A stretch of 64,000 nt of DNA. It comes from Smithellaceae bacterium (lineage in GTDB: Bacteria > Desulfobacterota > Syntrophia > Syntrophales > Smithellaceae). Under the pieces are notes generated by a model. The model saw only the letters and a list, made by a program, of their open reading frames with translations, was not told where the DNA came from and searched no databases. Positions 1 to 9,380 of the stretch are shown piece by piece; positions within the stretch are counted from its first letter, which is position 1; each line of letters begins with the position of its first letter. Made by a program: the position numbers and the translations under genes. The stretch is taken from positions 1,445 to 65,444 of the forward strand of contig JBEKMF010000001.1 in NCBI GenBank assembly GCA_050008655.1, read 5' to 3'.

Positions 1-1
1 T

Positions 2-286
2 CCGGAGACGTGGGCGGTGGCGATCGGCTACAGCGCTTTTTGCGTCTTCATCGAGTGCTTTTTAAATATCGGCGGCCTTCTCGTCTGGGAATATCCTTTC
101 TGGAACTTATCCTTTAAAGGCGTTTGGCTTATCTTTCTAATCGGCTACTTCCACTTCTTCTGCTGGGCTATCTTAGTGATCAGCTTAAAAAAGTTGAAAA
201 CTAAAATCATGGCCGTGAGCATCATTTACGCTGTGCCGATTTTGATGAATATAGTCGCTATCGGATTTCTGGGCTGGAAATACTAA
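2..286 (+). CDS. hypothetical integral membrane protein, C-terminal fragment (ORF open to window edge)
   Basis: The frame is open from nt 2 and the listed ORF starts at an internal GTG. The sequence is hydrophobic (W/F/I/L-rich) with 2-3 likely TM segments. No family recognised. Confidence 0.35.
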   Translation, partial: PETWAVAIGYSAFCVFIECFLNIGGLLVWEYPFWNLSFKGVWLIFLIGYFHFFCWAILVISLKKLKTKIMAVSIIYAVPILMNIVAIGFLGWKY

Positions 287-298
287 TTCCAGTTCTAT

Positions 299-318
299 AT
301 CAAAGCGCTATCTTTGAT
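299..318. terminator. hairpin between convergent genes (ATCAAAG-cgctat-CTTTGAT)
   Basis: Perfect 7-bp inverted repeat with a 6-nt loop, located between the + gene ending at 286 and the - gene ending at 335. The stem is AT-rich and the U-run is short. Confidence 0.35.
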
Positions 319-334
319 TTAGAACCGGAATAAA

Positions 335-877
335 CTACAGGCTGAGCCCGGAGTATTCTTCGACGACTTTATTGTATTTTTCGTGAATCATTTTGCGGTC
401 GAATTCCCAAAATTCGGCCAGCATCTTTTCCTGCTCGTTTTTGTCGAAGTATTCCTGGCAGGGATAAAAGAAATGCTTATCTTCCTTTTTGATATGCTTT
501 GGGTAAAAATCGCCTAACTGCCGCGCGAGATCTATTATCCCGGCAAGCTTTTCTTTGTCGCCTTGCAAGTATTTTTCTTTAGCCGCCACCAGCATTCCTG
601 TCGTCTTACGGGCCCATACATGCTCGTCGAGGAGCTCCTGCATTGTTTTCTTTAGTTCCGGGGTGAGATTTTTCCGGGCTAAATCCCGAAAGAGAATTTC
701 CTCTTCCTTCCCATGGTGGGTGCGGTCGGCGTAGGTACGGATAAAATCGACAGCTATATCTATTACCAGGGGATTAATTTTCCCGCTTTTTTCGGCTTGA
801 TCGATATGACGCATCACCGCACCGAGCATTTTTTCAATCAATCTATGTTCCCACATCAGCGGCCCAATTGGTTTCAT
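335..877 (-). CDS. hemerythrin-like (HHE cation-binding) domain protein
   Basis: 180 aa. Contains His/Glu-rich helical motifs (WEHRLIEK, TYADRTHHGKEEE, DEHVWAR, HIKKEDKHFF) typical of hemerythrin HHE domains. Confidence 0.7.
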   Translation of the reverse strand: MKPIGPLMWEHRLIEKMLGAVMRHIDQAEKSGKINPLVIDIAVDFIRTYADRTHHGKEEEILFRDLARKNLTPELKKTMQELLDEHVWARKTTGMLVAAKEKYLQGDKEKLAGIIDLARQLGDFYPKHIKKEDKHFFYPCQEYFDKNEQEKMLAEFWEFDRKMIHEKYNKVVEEYSGLSL

Positions 878-960
878 AAACTGTCCTCCTTTGCTGGCTG
901 ACTTATTATTTATGCAGTATTTGGCTGCTATTTATAGCACAAATCAGGTCGCTAGCCAAA

Positions 961-990
961 AATAATTGTTGCAACTCTGTTGCATTATTG
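961..990. promoter_or_regulatory. candidate Fur/Zur-type operator in the hemerythrin/zur divergent region
   Basis: The sequence is AATAAT-TGTTGCA-actc-TGTTGCA-TTATT. It has flanking inverted AATAAT/ATTATT arms, the 8-bp palindrome GTTGCAAC, and an 11-nt-spaced direct repeat TGTTGCA. It lies about 15-40 nt upstream of the zur start. Confidence 0.3.
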
Positions 991-1003
991 ATAAAGACCG
1001 GCC

Positions 1004-1468
1004 ATGAACATGAATAAGAAATATAAAGACGCCTTGTTTACTTTGCAAAATGCCGGCCTTTCCAAGACGCCGCAGCGTGTCGCTGTTTTGACTTTATTGC
1101 TCAAAGCAACAACTCCTTTAAGTGCACGCGAGATAAGTCGAGCGCTGGCAGACAACGCACGCATTGATAGAGTGACAATTTACCGTATTCTGTCGCTATT
1201 TAAACAGCATGGTATTGTCCGTGAAATAGCTTCGTCCGGCGGCACTAATTATTTTGAAATGGCTTCCTATGAAAATCCTGTGCATCCCCATTTTAACTGC
1301 CAGAGCTGTGGAGAGTTGAGCTGTATGGAACCTCTGACCTTTTCCCAGGCTCGTCAGCTAATTTCCGCCAAAGAAGATTACAGTGTTGACCATATCGAAA
1401 TCAATATATCCGGTCTTTGCGCCGCATGCAAAAATGCAACCAAGTTGCGAAAGCAATCGAACAAATGA
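1004..1468 (+). CDS. zur: Fur-family metalloregulator, probably Zur
   Basis: Winged-helix region (PQRVAVLTLL...LSAREI...DRVTIYRIL) plus HPHFNCQSCG and a C-terminal CAAC metal-site motif. It sits immediately upstream of znuACB-like genes; the Zur assignment rests on that context. Confidence 0.7.
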   Translation: MNMNKKYKDALFTLQNAGLSKTPQRVAVLTLLLKATTPLSAREISRALADNARIDRVTIYRILSLFKQHGIVREIASSGGTNYFEMASYENPVHPHFNCQSCGELSCMEPLTFSQARQLISAKEDYSVDHIEINISGLCAACKNATKLRKQSNK

Positions 1469-1479
1469 GGATGAAGATT

Positions 1480-2409
1480 ATGTCTTCAAAAAATATATTT
1501 GTTTTTCTCCTTCTCGTTTTATCAATTATTTTATCCTGTCAGCCCGCAAGAGAAACAGGCGCAGCAAATAATAAATTAAAGGTAATGGCCACGATTTTTC
1601 CTCTTTATGATTTTGCCCGGATTATCGGCGGGAACAAAATCGACGTAACCATGCTCTTGCCGCCGGCAACCGACGCTCACCATTACGAGCCGAAGCCTGA
1701 CGATATAGTTAAAGTATGCAAAAGCGACATTTTTCTTTTCACCAATTTCGAAATGGAACCCTGGGCTTATAAAATCATCCAGGGATCGGCGGAAAATACA
1801 AATATGTTGACGGTGGAAACCGGTGCAGGAGTTTTCTTGCTGCCGCTCAATGAAAAAGACCGGGAAAATAATGATTATAAATTCGATCCGCACATCTGGC
1901 TCGATCTAGATAATGCTCAAAAAATTGTGGATAATATTGCCAAGTCATTTGTCCACAAGGATCAACGCAACAGCGACTATTACTTAAAAAACGCCGCCCA
2001 ATACAAATTGAAATTGGCTGCTCTGGATCGAAGATATAACTTTGAACTGGCCAAATGCCGGAATAAAACAATTTTTCACGCCGGACATTGGGCTTTTGCC
2101 TATTTGGCCAAAAAATATAACTTAGAATATATTGCGGCTTATAATTCATCAACCGAATCCGAACCTCTGCCGCAAAATATTTTTACTCTAATCGAACAGA
2201 TAAAAAAGCAAAAGATACGTTACATCTATTACGAAGACCTGGCTGCTCCACGCCTGGCGCAAACGATTGCTAAAGAAACAAGGACTAATTTGCTCCAACT
2301 CCACAACGGCCACGATATAAGCAAGAATGATATCAAAAAAGGGGTATCCTTTCTTATGTTGATGGAGGAGAATTTGAAAAATTTAAAAAAGGGATTACTA
2401 TGTCCGTAA
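1480..2409 (+). CDS. znuA: metal (Zn/Mn) ABC transporter substrate-binding protein, ZnuA/TroA family
   Basis: Signal peptide (MSSKNIFVFLLLVLSIILSC), then KVMATIFPLYDF, DAHHYEP and DPHIWLD motifs. I prefer the start at ATG 1480, which follows GAGGA, over the track start at 1417, which overlaps zur. Confidence 0.8.
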   Translation: MSSKNIFVFLLLVLSIILSCQPARETGAANNKLKVMATIFPLYDFARIIGGNKIDVTMLLPPATDAHHYEPKPDDIVKVCKSDIFLFTNFEMEPWAYKIIQGSAENTNMLTVETGAGVFLLPLNEKDRENNDYKFDPHIWLDLDNAQKIVDNIAKSFVHKDQRNSDYYLKNAAQYKLKLAALDRRYNFELAKCRNKTIFHAGHWAFAYLAKKYNLEYIAAYNSSTESEPLPQNIFTLIEQIKKQKIRYIYYEDLAAPRLAQTIAKETRTNLLQLHNGHDISKNDIKKGVSFLMLMEENLKNLKKGLLCP

Positions 2410-3143
2410 ACTTGATCAGCACCGAAAATCTGACTTTCTGCTTCAACGGAGTGGAGGTCCTTAGCAATATTTCCTTTGCCGTAAAAAAAGGCGATTATAT
2501 GGGCATTGTGGGACCAAATGGCTCCGGAAAAAGTACTCTGATTAAAAACATTCTGGGCATCCTACAGCCGCAGAAAGGCTCTGTCAGTCTTTTCGGCCAA
2601 CCGCTTTCTTCTTTTCGCCAGTGGAATAAGATCGGTTATCTGCCCCAGAAGTTAAGTGCCTTAAACTCCCATTTTCCCGGCAATGTTGAAGAAATAGTCC
2701 AGCTGGGGCTGCGGAATAAAAACGCGCAGAATTTGGAACAGGTTCTTCAGCTCATGGGAATTAAGCATCTTTCTTCCCGCCTGATCGGCGAGCTCTCTTA
2801 CGGCGAACAGCAGCGGGCAATGCTGGCGCACGCACTGGTCAGCCGACCGGAACTGCTTGTCTTCGATGAGCCGACAACCGCTCTTGATCCCGAAACAAGG
2901 GATATTTTTTATTCGCTCACCCACGAATTGAATCGCGTTCACGGCACAACTATCGTTCTTATTACCCATGACATAGGGAGCATCGGTAAATATGCCCGAA
3001 ACCTTCTCTATCTCGATAAGAGAGTAATTTTTGCGGGAACATTTGAAGATTTTTGCACTTCACCGGACATGGCAGGACTTTTCGGGCCAATGAGTCAACA
3101 CATCATCTGCCACCAGCATGATGCATTGGGGACTAATCCATGA
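2400..3143 (+). CDS. znuC: metal ABC transporter ATP-binding protein
   Basis: Walker A (GPNGSGKST), signature LSYGEQQR and Walker B (LLVFDEP). The start overlaps the end of znuA. Confidence 0.85.
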   Translation: MSVNLISTENLTFCFNGVEVLSNISFAVKKGDYMGIVGPNGSGKSTLIKNILGILQPQKGSVSLFGQPLSSFRQWNKIGYLPQKLSALNSHFPGNVEEIVQLGLRNKNAQNLEQVLQLMGIKHLSSRLIGELSYGEQQRAMLAHALVSRPELLVFDEPTTALDPETRDIFYSLTHELNRVHGTTIVLITHDIGSIGKYARNLLYLDKRVIFAGTFEDFCTSPDMAGLFGPMSQHIICHQHDALGTNP

Positions 3144-3970
3144 TCGGGCTTGGGGAAATATTCAAATACGAATTCGTTCAGCGAGCTTTGCTTGCCGGTG
3201 TGCTCATTGCCGCCGTTTCTTCCGTGTTGGGAATATTTCTCGTCTTGCGCCGGCTGTCCTTGATCGGCGACGGACTCGCGCACATTACCTTTGGCAGTGT
3301 AGCGGTAGTATTATTGATTGGATTCAGCCCTCTTTATGTTACTGTGGCCGCTCTGCCTCTGGTTATGCTTTCATCTCTGGCCATACTTCAACTGACTCGC
3401 TATAAGCGCATTCACGGTGATGCGGCCATCGGTATCATCTCTTCCGTGGGAATCGCCGTGGGCATAATCCTGGCCAGTCTCTCAGGGGGCTATAATGTCG
3501 ATTTATTAAGCTACCTCTTCGGCAACATTCTCACGGTAACGCAAACGGAACTCTTGCTGTCTTTTATTGTTTTTATAGTTGTAGTTGGCACTGTTATTTT
3601 TTTCTATAATGATCTGTTTGCAGTTACTTTTGACGAAGAACTGGCCAAAAGCATGGGTATTAAGACAAAAAGAATCAATATCATTCTTTTATTATTGACT
3701 GCCGTGGCCGCTGTTTTAGCGATGAAAGTTACCGGTATAATGCTGGTTTCGGCATTGCTGATTATTCCCCCGCTTACGGCGTTGCAGCTTTCTTTCAGCT
3801 TTAAAACGACTATTATTATCTCGGCCGCTATTTCCATCTTCTCGGTAATTAATGGTATAATATTTTCTTTTTTATTGAACTTGCCGGCAGGAGGAACTAT
3901 AGTAATTTTCAATATAGCTTTCCTTTTGATTATTTTTGGAGCTAAAAAAATCTTGCATTTTCAGAGGTAA
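3140..3970 (+). CDS. znuB: metal ABC transporter permease
   Basis: 276 aa polytopic membrane protein of ABC-3 type (LLSYLFGNIL, DEELAKSMGI). Translationally coupled to znuC by an ATGA overlap. Confidence 0.85.
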   Translation: MIGLGEIFKYEFVQRALLAGVLIAAVSSVLGIFLVLRRLSLIGDGLAHITFGSVAVVLLIGFSPLYVTVAALPLVMLSSLAILQLTRYKRIHGDAAIGIISSVGIAVGIILASLSGGYNVDLLSYLFGNILTVTQTELLLSFIVFIVVVGTVIFFYNDLFAVTFDEELAKSMGIKTKRINIILLLLTAVAAVLAMKVTGIMLVSALLIIPPLTALQLSFSFKTTIIISAAISIFSVINGIIFSFLLNLPAGGTIVIFNIAFLLIIFGAKKILHFQR

Positions 3971-3974
3971 AAAA

Positions 3975-4952
3975 ATGGCTCGATTCAAATATCTTGTTTT
4001 TTCCCGCGCGGCATCTTTTCTTTCCCGCTTCGCATATCTTCCTTCCCGCTCTAACATACTTTTTCTTGCTTCTGTGCTTTGCGGTTTTGTTTTACCTCAG
4101 GCGAATGTAGTCGCCGCCGCCCTGACCTTGCCCGCGCTGACGGTCATTCTGACAATTACGCCGTTAAAAATACCGCCCGGCTTTTTCCGTCGATCTAAAA
4201 AACTCGCGTCTCCTGCTCTCCGGGGTAATGTAATTAACTATCTCCTTTGGGGAAATTTTATAATTCTGACCGGTATTTTTTTTATTCTTGACGAAAACTT
4301 TTGGATCGGCATGGTGTTGATCGCTGCCACACCACCGGCACTTGCCGTAATACCGTTGAGCAATTTATTTAAAGCTGACACAACTTCATCAATCGCCGGT
4401 CTCGCCGGCACTTATTTGGGTGCCCTGTTAATCGCTCCATTAATCGTTTTAGGTTTTATTAAAGATGCTCCCATTGATTATTGGACTTGTATTTTCCTCA
4501 CTGTCGAATTAATTGTATTGCCGCTCGTCGTTTCTCGAATTGCCGTAGAAAAAGACTGGGATAAACTTATTGACCCGTATGAAGGGATAATAATCGATTG
4601 CTGTTTCTTTATCGTATTTTACAGCATAAGTGCAAACGGCAGAGATGTAATTATGAATTGGCCACCCGACCTAATTTCTATTGTCTTAATAGCTTTTATA
4701 GGCATTTTTTTATTTGCTTTGGCAATTAAGAAAACTGGAGAGTTTTTTCATGTCGCTGAAAAGAAGATTACTTCTTTTCTTCTTCTGGGGACTACGAAAA
4801 ATTACGCGCTTTCCGGTGGTATAGCGCTAATTATCTTTAACCGGGAAGCCGCTCTTCCGTCATTAGTTTTCGCTATTATCACTTTCTTTTATATAAATTG
4901 GCTCAAATATAAAATGGGATATAACGCTACCGGTTCAAGTAAGCGGCATTGA
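3975..4952 (+). CDS. polytopic membrane protein, putative transporter (BASS/AEC-like, uncertain)
   Basis: About 10 hydrophobic segments. I prefer the start at ATG 3975 (after AGAGG) over 3936. No diagnostic motif recognised. Confidence 0.4.
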   Translation: MARFKYLVFSRAASFLSRFAYLPSRSNILFLASVLCGFVLPQANVVAAALTLPALTVILTITPLKIPPGFFRRSKKLASPALRGNVINYLLWGNFIILTGIFFILDENFWIGMVLIAATPPALAVIPLSNLFKADTTSSIAGLAGTYLGALLIAPLIVLGFIKDAPIDYWTCIFLTVELIVLPLVVSRIAVEKDWDKLIDPYEGIIIDCCFFIVFYSISANGRDVIMNWPPDLISIVLIAFIGIFLFALAIKKTGEFFHVAEKKITSFLLLGTTKNYALSGGIALIIFNREAALPSLVFAIITFFYINWLKYKMGYNATGSSKRH

Positions 4953-5191
4953 CCATCAGTGCAAGTTTTGAGTTTCCTCATCCCGCCACGCTTCGCTCAG
5001 GGGATCAATTCCACCTGTGGCTGGATTGATTCGGCTAGCAAATTTAAAGGCTCTCCTCAGTAATCTTTAAAGAACCTTTAAATTTGAGTCTCATTGACCA
5101 CGGGTATCTATGATTCCCTCCGCCTATGGCGGGATCAATTCCACTTACGCTTCAAACTACACTCCATTTGTTTTCAGCGAGTGTCATTGAC
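4947..5191 (+). repeat. family-1 modular intergenic repeat, locus 1
   Basis: Contains alpha hairpins (CCCGCCACGCTTCGCTCAGGGGATCAATTC and CTCCGCCTATGGCGGGATCAATTC), a stem AAATTTAAAGG...CCTTTAAATTTGA, and the GAGTCTCATTGA tail, plus degenerate tails (GAGTTTCCTCAT, GAGTGTCATTGA). Confidence 0.85.
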
Positions 5192-5242
5192 AAACCGCAA
5201 TTGCGCCTTATATTTAAAACAATAAAGAAAGGAGAACAAAAT

Positions 5243-5836
5243 ATGGCTATAAATTTACCAAACCTGCCTTACGGGAAAGACGCGCTAGCGCCCTATATCA
5301 GCTCCAATACCTTGGATTTCCACTATGGCAAACATCACAAAGCTTATGTGGATAACTTAGTGAAGCTGATTGCCGGCACCGACCTTCAAGAAAAACCACT
5401 GGAAGAAATTATTAAGATCGCGGCCAAAGATCCGGCCAAAGCCGGCATCTTCAACAATGCAGCCCAAGTTTGGAATCATTCTTTCTACTGGCAATGCCTG
5501 AAAAAATCAGGTGGGGGCACACCTACCGGAACAATTGGTAGCAAGATAAACGCTACCTGGGGAAACTATGATAAATTTGCCGAAGAATTGAAAAACGCCG
5601 GAGTCACTCAATTTGGCAGCGGCTGGGCCTGGCTGGTCTTGGAGGGAAAGCAGTTAAAAATAACAAAAACAGCTAATGCCGATACTCCCATTGCCCATGG
5701 CCAGAAACCGCTCCTGACTATCGATGTCTGGGAACATGCCTATTATCTCGATTATCAAAACAGAAGACCGGATTATCTTTCTGCTGTCATTCAAAATTTG
5801 ATTAATTGGGATTTTGTTAACGGAAACTTAGGCTAA
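5243..5836 (+). CDS. sodB: Fe-type superoxide dismutase
   Basis: Motifs LPYGKDALAPYIS, FHYGKHH, FNNAAQVWNHSFYW (Fe-type Gln position) and DVWEHAYYLDYQNRRPDY. ATG 5243 follows AAAGGAGA. The track start at 5126 lies inside the repeat. Confidence 0.9.
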   Translation: MAINLPNLPYGKDALAPYISSNTLDFHYGKHHKAYVDNLVKLIAGTDLQEKPLEEIIKIAAKDPAKAGIFNNAAQVWNHSFYWQCLKKSGGGTPTGTIGSKINATWGNYDKFAEELKNAGVTQFGSGWAWLVLEGKQLKITKTANADTPIAHGQKPLLTIDVWEHAYYLDYQNRRPDYLSAVIQNLINWDFVNGNLG

Positions 5837-5863
5837 TTTGATTGAACAATGGCAATTAATGAT

Positions 5864-5896
5864 AAAAAGGGGACTTTATTTACGTCCCCTTTTTTT
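5864..5896. terminator. bidirectional rho-independent terminator (sodB / ihfB)
   Basis: AAAAAGGGGAC-tttatttac-GTCCCCTTTTTTT. A GC-rich stem is flanked by an A-run and a T-run, between convergent genes. Confidence 0.75.
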
Positions 5897-5921
5897 ATTT
5901 TATATAAGCAGGCTAGGATTG

Positions 5922-6203
5922 CTATTTTTTCCTATCAACTCTATCTTTTAATTCTTTTCCCACTTTAAAGAAGGGTAATTTTTTGGGTTCAACTTGAATC
6001 TTAGCGCCCGTTTTAGGATTTCTTCCCGTGTAAGCGCCATACTTCTTCACCACAAAACTGCCGAACCCTCTGATTTCAATACGGCCGCCTTTTTTTAGCT
6101 CATCGGTAAAACCTTTGAAAACAAGATTGACAACGTCAATTGCTTTCTTTTCGGTTAAATTGAGCTTAGTACTCAAAGATTCGATTAGATCGGATTTGTT
6201 CAT
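5922..6203 (-). CDS. ihfB: integration host factor beta-like (HU/IHF family) DNA-binding protein
   Basis: 93 aa. IEIRGFGSF...GRNPKTG...FKVGKELKDRV is the IHF-beta-like pattern. Confidence 0.65.
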   Translation of the reverse strand: MNKSDLIESLSTKLNLTEKKAIDVVNLVFKGFTDELKKGGRIEIRGFGSFVVKKYGAYTGRNPKTGAKIQVEPKKLPFFKVGKELKDRVDRKK

Positions 6204-6319
6204 AAGCCCTCCTTAAATCTGTTTACAATCCCGCATCACCTGACGATATTATGTTTATTTCTACACGCTTATACGTGCTTAAACTTATTATTTATTTTAT
6301 GGCGAATGTCAAGAAAATT

Positions 6320-7051
6320 TTACTCATTCTTATTTAGCGCATAATTAAGCAGACGGGTTATTTCTTTTTTCGTCAAATACCGCCAGGAACCTTCCTTCAG
6401 GCTTCCCAGTTTAATGTCGCCTACGGCTTCCCGCGCCAGACGCGTTACCCGATAAGAACTCGCTTCAAAACCTCTTCTTATTATTCTATTTTTCCCTTCT
6501 TTCAGCGTCAGCCGCAACCAACAACTACGGTCATTGATTTTTTCCATTTGGATATTTTCCGGTTTAAAGACGCCGTCAGACAATTTAATACCTCTGCTTA
6601 ACTTTTTTAATTCTTCTTTCGATAAATGTCCTTGAATCTTAACCCGGTAAACTTTAGGTATCTGAAAACGGGGATGCTGAATTTTTTGTGCGAAATCACC
6701 GTCATTAGTCAAAAGCAAAAGTCCCGCGGAATCGTAATCAAGTCTCCCTACCGGATAAACCCTTTCCGGCACTGTGCTTAGCAAATCCATAACTGTCGGC
6801 CGCTTTTGCGGATCGCTCATGGTAGTAATAAATCCGGCCGGTTTATTTAAAGCAATATATAAATTTGTTTTTTCGACGGAAATAATTTTCCCGTCAATCC
6901 GGATAATATTTCTTTGGGCGTCAGCTTTTACCCCCAGCTCTTTCACGACGGCGCCGTCGATGCTGACGCGCCCGGCAGTTATCAGTTTTTCCGCGTGACG
7001 CCGTGACGCAATCCCGGCGGCGGAAATAATCTTTTGCAAACGTTCTTTCAT
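6320..7051 (-). CDS. rluB: 23S rRNA pseudouridine synthase, RluB/RsuA family
   Basis: N-terminal S4 domain (ERLQKIISAAGIASRRHAEKLI..GRVSIDG) and catalytic motif VGRLDYDSAGLLLLTNDG. Confidence 0.85.
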   Translation of the reverse strand: MKERLQKIISAAGIASRRHAEKLITAGRVSIDGAVVKELGVKADAQRNIIRIDGKIISVEKTNLYIALNKPAGFITTMSDPQKRPTVMDLLSTVPERVYPVGRLDYDSAGLLLLTNDGDFAQKIQHPRFQIPKVYRVKIQGHLSKEELKKLSRGIKLSDGVFKPENIQMEKINDRSCWLRLTLKEGKNRIIRRGFEASSYRVTRLAREAVGDIKLGSLKEGSWRYLTKKEITRLLNYALNKNE

Positions 7052-7602
7052 GTGTCGGAATGATCTTCGAGGGGTTCCTGCTGTTCGTGAAGCTCTTTCA
7101 ATTCCCGCAAAGTGGGCAGCTCCGAGAGATCTTTCAGGTTAAAAACCTCTAAAAATCTTTTTGTGCTTCCATAAATGATGGGCTTGCCGGGCACATCTTT
7201 TCGCCCGACAATGCGCACGAGCTTCTTTTCCAAAAGACTCTTAAGTTGATAACCTACATCCACACCGCGAATACTTTCGATTTCCGATTTGACTATCGGC
7301 TGCCTGTAAGCAATAATCGCCAACGTCTCCAGAGCAGCGGGCGATAACGAAGCCGGTTTTGTGCTTTTTAACCTTTTTACCCAATCGCCAAATTCCGGTC
7401 TCGTCCGAAATTGCAGACCGCCGGCAACTTCCTGTAGACAAATCCCACCCTGTCTTTCTTTATATTCCTCAATTAGCTCACCGACGGCTTCATCGATCAG
7501 CGTTTTTTCTGTTTCCGGAAGAACCGCATAAATCTTTTGCAATACCAACGGAGCTTCGGAAGCTAAAATAAGGGCTTCAATTATAGATTTAATATTTTCC
7601 AT
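7048..7602 (-). CDS. scpB: segregation and condensation protein B
   Basis: Motifs IIEALILASEAPL, LSPAALETLAIIAYRQPI and IRGV. Coupled to scpA and rluB. Confidence 0.85.
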   Translation of the reverse strand: MENIKSIIEALILASEAPLVLQKIYAVLPETEKTLIDEAVGELIEEYKERQGGICLQEVAGGLQFRTRPEFGDWVKRLKSTKPASLSPAALETLAIIAYRQPIVKSEIESIRGVDVGYQLKSLLEKKLVRIVGRKDVPGKPIIYGSTKRFLEVFNLKDLSELPTLRELKELHEQQEPLEDHSDT

Positions 7603-8346
7603 TTAGGACTCCACAGCCGGAAATATCCGGATCACGCCAAAAGCCGAGGTTTGATAAGCTTTCACGATTCTGAGTTTAACTAATTCGAGTAAAGCTAAAA
7701 AAGTGTAAATAATGCGCCAGCGCTCTTTTTTTTCTCCAAGCAGTTCATCGAAAGTCAGGTTTTTTTCATTAGACAGCCGTTCCATTATATCGTTAATTAT
7801 ATCCGTAAGCGACATCTTTTCCAGATCGATTTCCAAAAGGGCTTTTTTATCGATGCGCGAAACAATACGATGGAAAGCTTCTATAAGTTCAAAAATACTT
7901 ACCTCAATAAGTTCTTCTTCGGCCGTAGCCGACTTTTCAGACTCTTCCGGCAAGAAGGCTGCCCGGGTAAACACGTCTCTTTCCAAAATCGGCCTTTCTC
8001 CCAAATTAGTCGCAGCTTCTTTAAACGCTTGATATTCTAAAAGCTGTCTGACCAATTCCGCTCGGGGATCTTCTTCCTCTTCTTCTTCCGTCTCTTCCGG
8101 CTCAGGTAAAAGCATCTTGGATTTTATGTGAATGAGTGTCGAGGCCATGACCAAATACTCACCGGCTAAATCGAGGTTGAGTGATTTGATCATTTTGAGG
8201 TACTGAAGATACTGTTCCGTAATCAAGGCTACCGGGATGTTATAGATATCAATTTCATTTTTTTTAATTAAATACAAAAGCAGGTCGAGCGGACCTTCGA
8301 AAATATCAAGTTTAATGGCATAACCTGTCGTCTGTTCTTCATTCAT
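7603..8346 (-). CDS. scpA: segregation and condensation protein A
   Basis: FEGPLDLLLYLIKKNEIDIYNIPV is the ScpA N-terminal signature. Also has an acidic linker and a C-terminal winged helix. Confidence 0.85.
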   Translation of the reverse strand: MNEEQTTGYAIKLDIFEGPLDLLLYLIKKNEIDIYNIPVALITEQYLQYLKMIKSLNLDLAGEYLVMASTLIHIKSKMLLPEPEETEEEEEEDPRAELVRQLLEYQAFKEAATNLGERPILERDVFTRAAFLPEESEKSATAEEELIEVSIFELIEAFHRIVSRIDKKALLEIDLEKMSLTDIINDIMERLSNEKNLTFDELLGEKKERWRIIYTFLALLELVKLRIVKAYQTSAFGVIRIFPAVES

Positions 8347-8361
8347 AAATATTGAGCCGGG

Positions 8362-9351
8362 TCAGATTTTAACCGCGGCGCGGACTTCTTCCATTGTTAG
8401 ACGCGCTATCTTTGTCGCCTTTTCGTTGCCTTCTTCAATAACCGACTTAATTTCATCCGGATGATTCATATAATAGTCCATCCGCTCGTGAATGGGGTGC
8501 ATAGCATCGGCAATTCGCCCTGCGAGCATTTTTTTACAATCAGTGCAGCCGATGGCCGCCTTCCTGCAGCTTACATCTATTTCTTTTACGGTCCCCGCAT
8601 CCGAATACAAACCATGAAAGGTAAAGACGTTGCATATTTCAGGATTTCCCGGATCTGTTTTTTTCACGCGCTGAGGATCAGTGAACATGGACGAAATCTT
8701 CTGCTGCAATTCTTTACCGCGGTCGCTGATATAAATTGAATTCTCGTAGGACTTGCTCATTTTTCTTCCGTCAATACCTAGAAGCTTAGGCACACTGGTT
8801 AATAAAGGCTCCGGAATCGGAAAGATTTCCTTGTAAAGAAAATTAAAACGACGCGCGATCTCGCGGGTAAGTTCTACGTGGGGCAGTTGGTCAACCCCGA
8901 CAGGAACGCCGTAAGCCTTATACATGATAATATCGGCAGCTTGCAGCACCGGATAGCCCAGGAAACCAAAAGTGGATAGATCCTTGTTGGCCAGTTCCGC
9001 TTTCATCTCCTTATAGGTGGGATTGCGCTCGAGCCAAGCGAGCGGAGTGATCATCGAAAGCAGAAGGAAAAGCTCGGCATGTTCTTTAATCGCCGATTGC
9101 ACAAAGAGCGTGCTTTTCTGAGGATCAAGCCCGACGCTGAGCCAGTCAATGACCATGCTGATTATGTTATCCTTGATTTCCTCTGTGGAGCTGTATTCGC
9201 TGGTAAAGGCATGCCAATCGGCGACAAAATAAAAGCAATCGTATTTGCCGTTATTCTGCAATTCGATCCAGTTTCTCAATGCCCCGTGTAAATTGCCTAA
9301 ATGCAGTTTTCCCGTAGGCCGCATCCCGCTCAAGATTCTTTTGAGTGCCAA
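8362..9351 (-). CDS. trpS: tryptophan--tRNA ligase
   Basis: Class I HIGH-type motif (SGMRPTGKLHLGNLHG), KMSKS motif and 329 aa length. Confidence 0.95.
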   Translation of the reverse strand: MALKRILSGMRPTGKLHLGNLHGALRNWIELQNNGKYDCFYFVADWHAFTSEYSSTEEIKDNIISMVIDWLSVGLDPQKSTLFVQSAIKEHAELFLLLSMITPLAWLERNPTYKEMKAELANKDLSTFGFLGYPVLQAADIIMYKAYGVPVGVDQLPHVELTREIARRFNFLYKEIFPIPEPLLTSVPKLLGIDGRKMSKSYENSIYISDRGKELQQKISSMFTDPQRVKKTDPGNPEICNVFTFHGLYSDAGTVKEIDVSCRKAAIGCTDCKKMLAGRIADAMHPIHERMDYYMNHPDEIKSVIEEGNEKATKIARLTMEEVRAAVKI

Positions 9352-9380
9352 AACAAAAACTCCTTATGATTATTATCCTC

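Noticed and set aside
1417-1479. The longer znuA start at 1417 and the sodB start at 5126, as given by the ORF track.
   Set aside because: The N-terminal extensions overlap zur or lie in repeat DNA. They lack an RBS and precede obvious native N-termini: a signal peptide at 1480, and a conserved SOD N-terminus with AAAGGAGA at 5243.
4947-5191. CRISPR array, considered because of short repeated motifs in intergenic DNA (this locus and 9381-9758, 25410-25672, 27648-28048).
   Set aside because: There is no fixed repeat length or regular repeat-spacer periodicity. Units are contiguous, internally palindromic, occur in both orientations and are dispersed at many loci. No cas genes are present.
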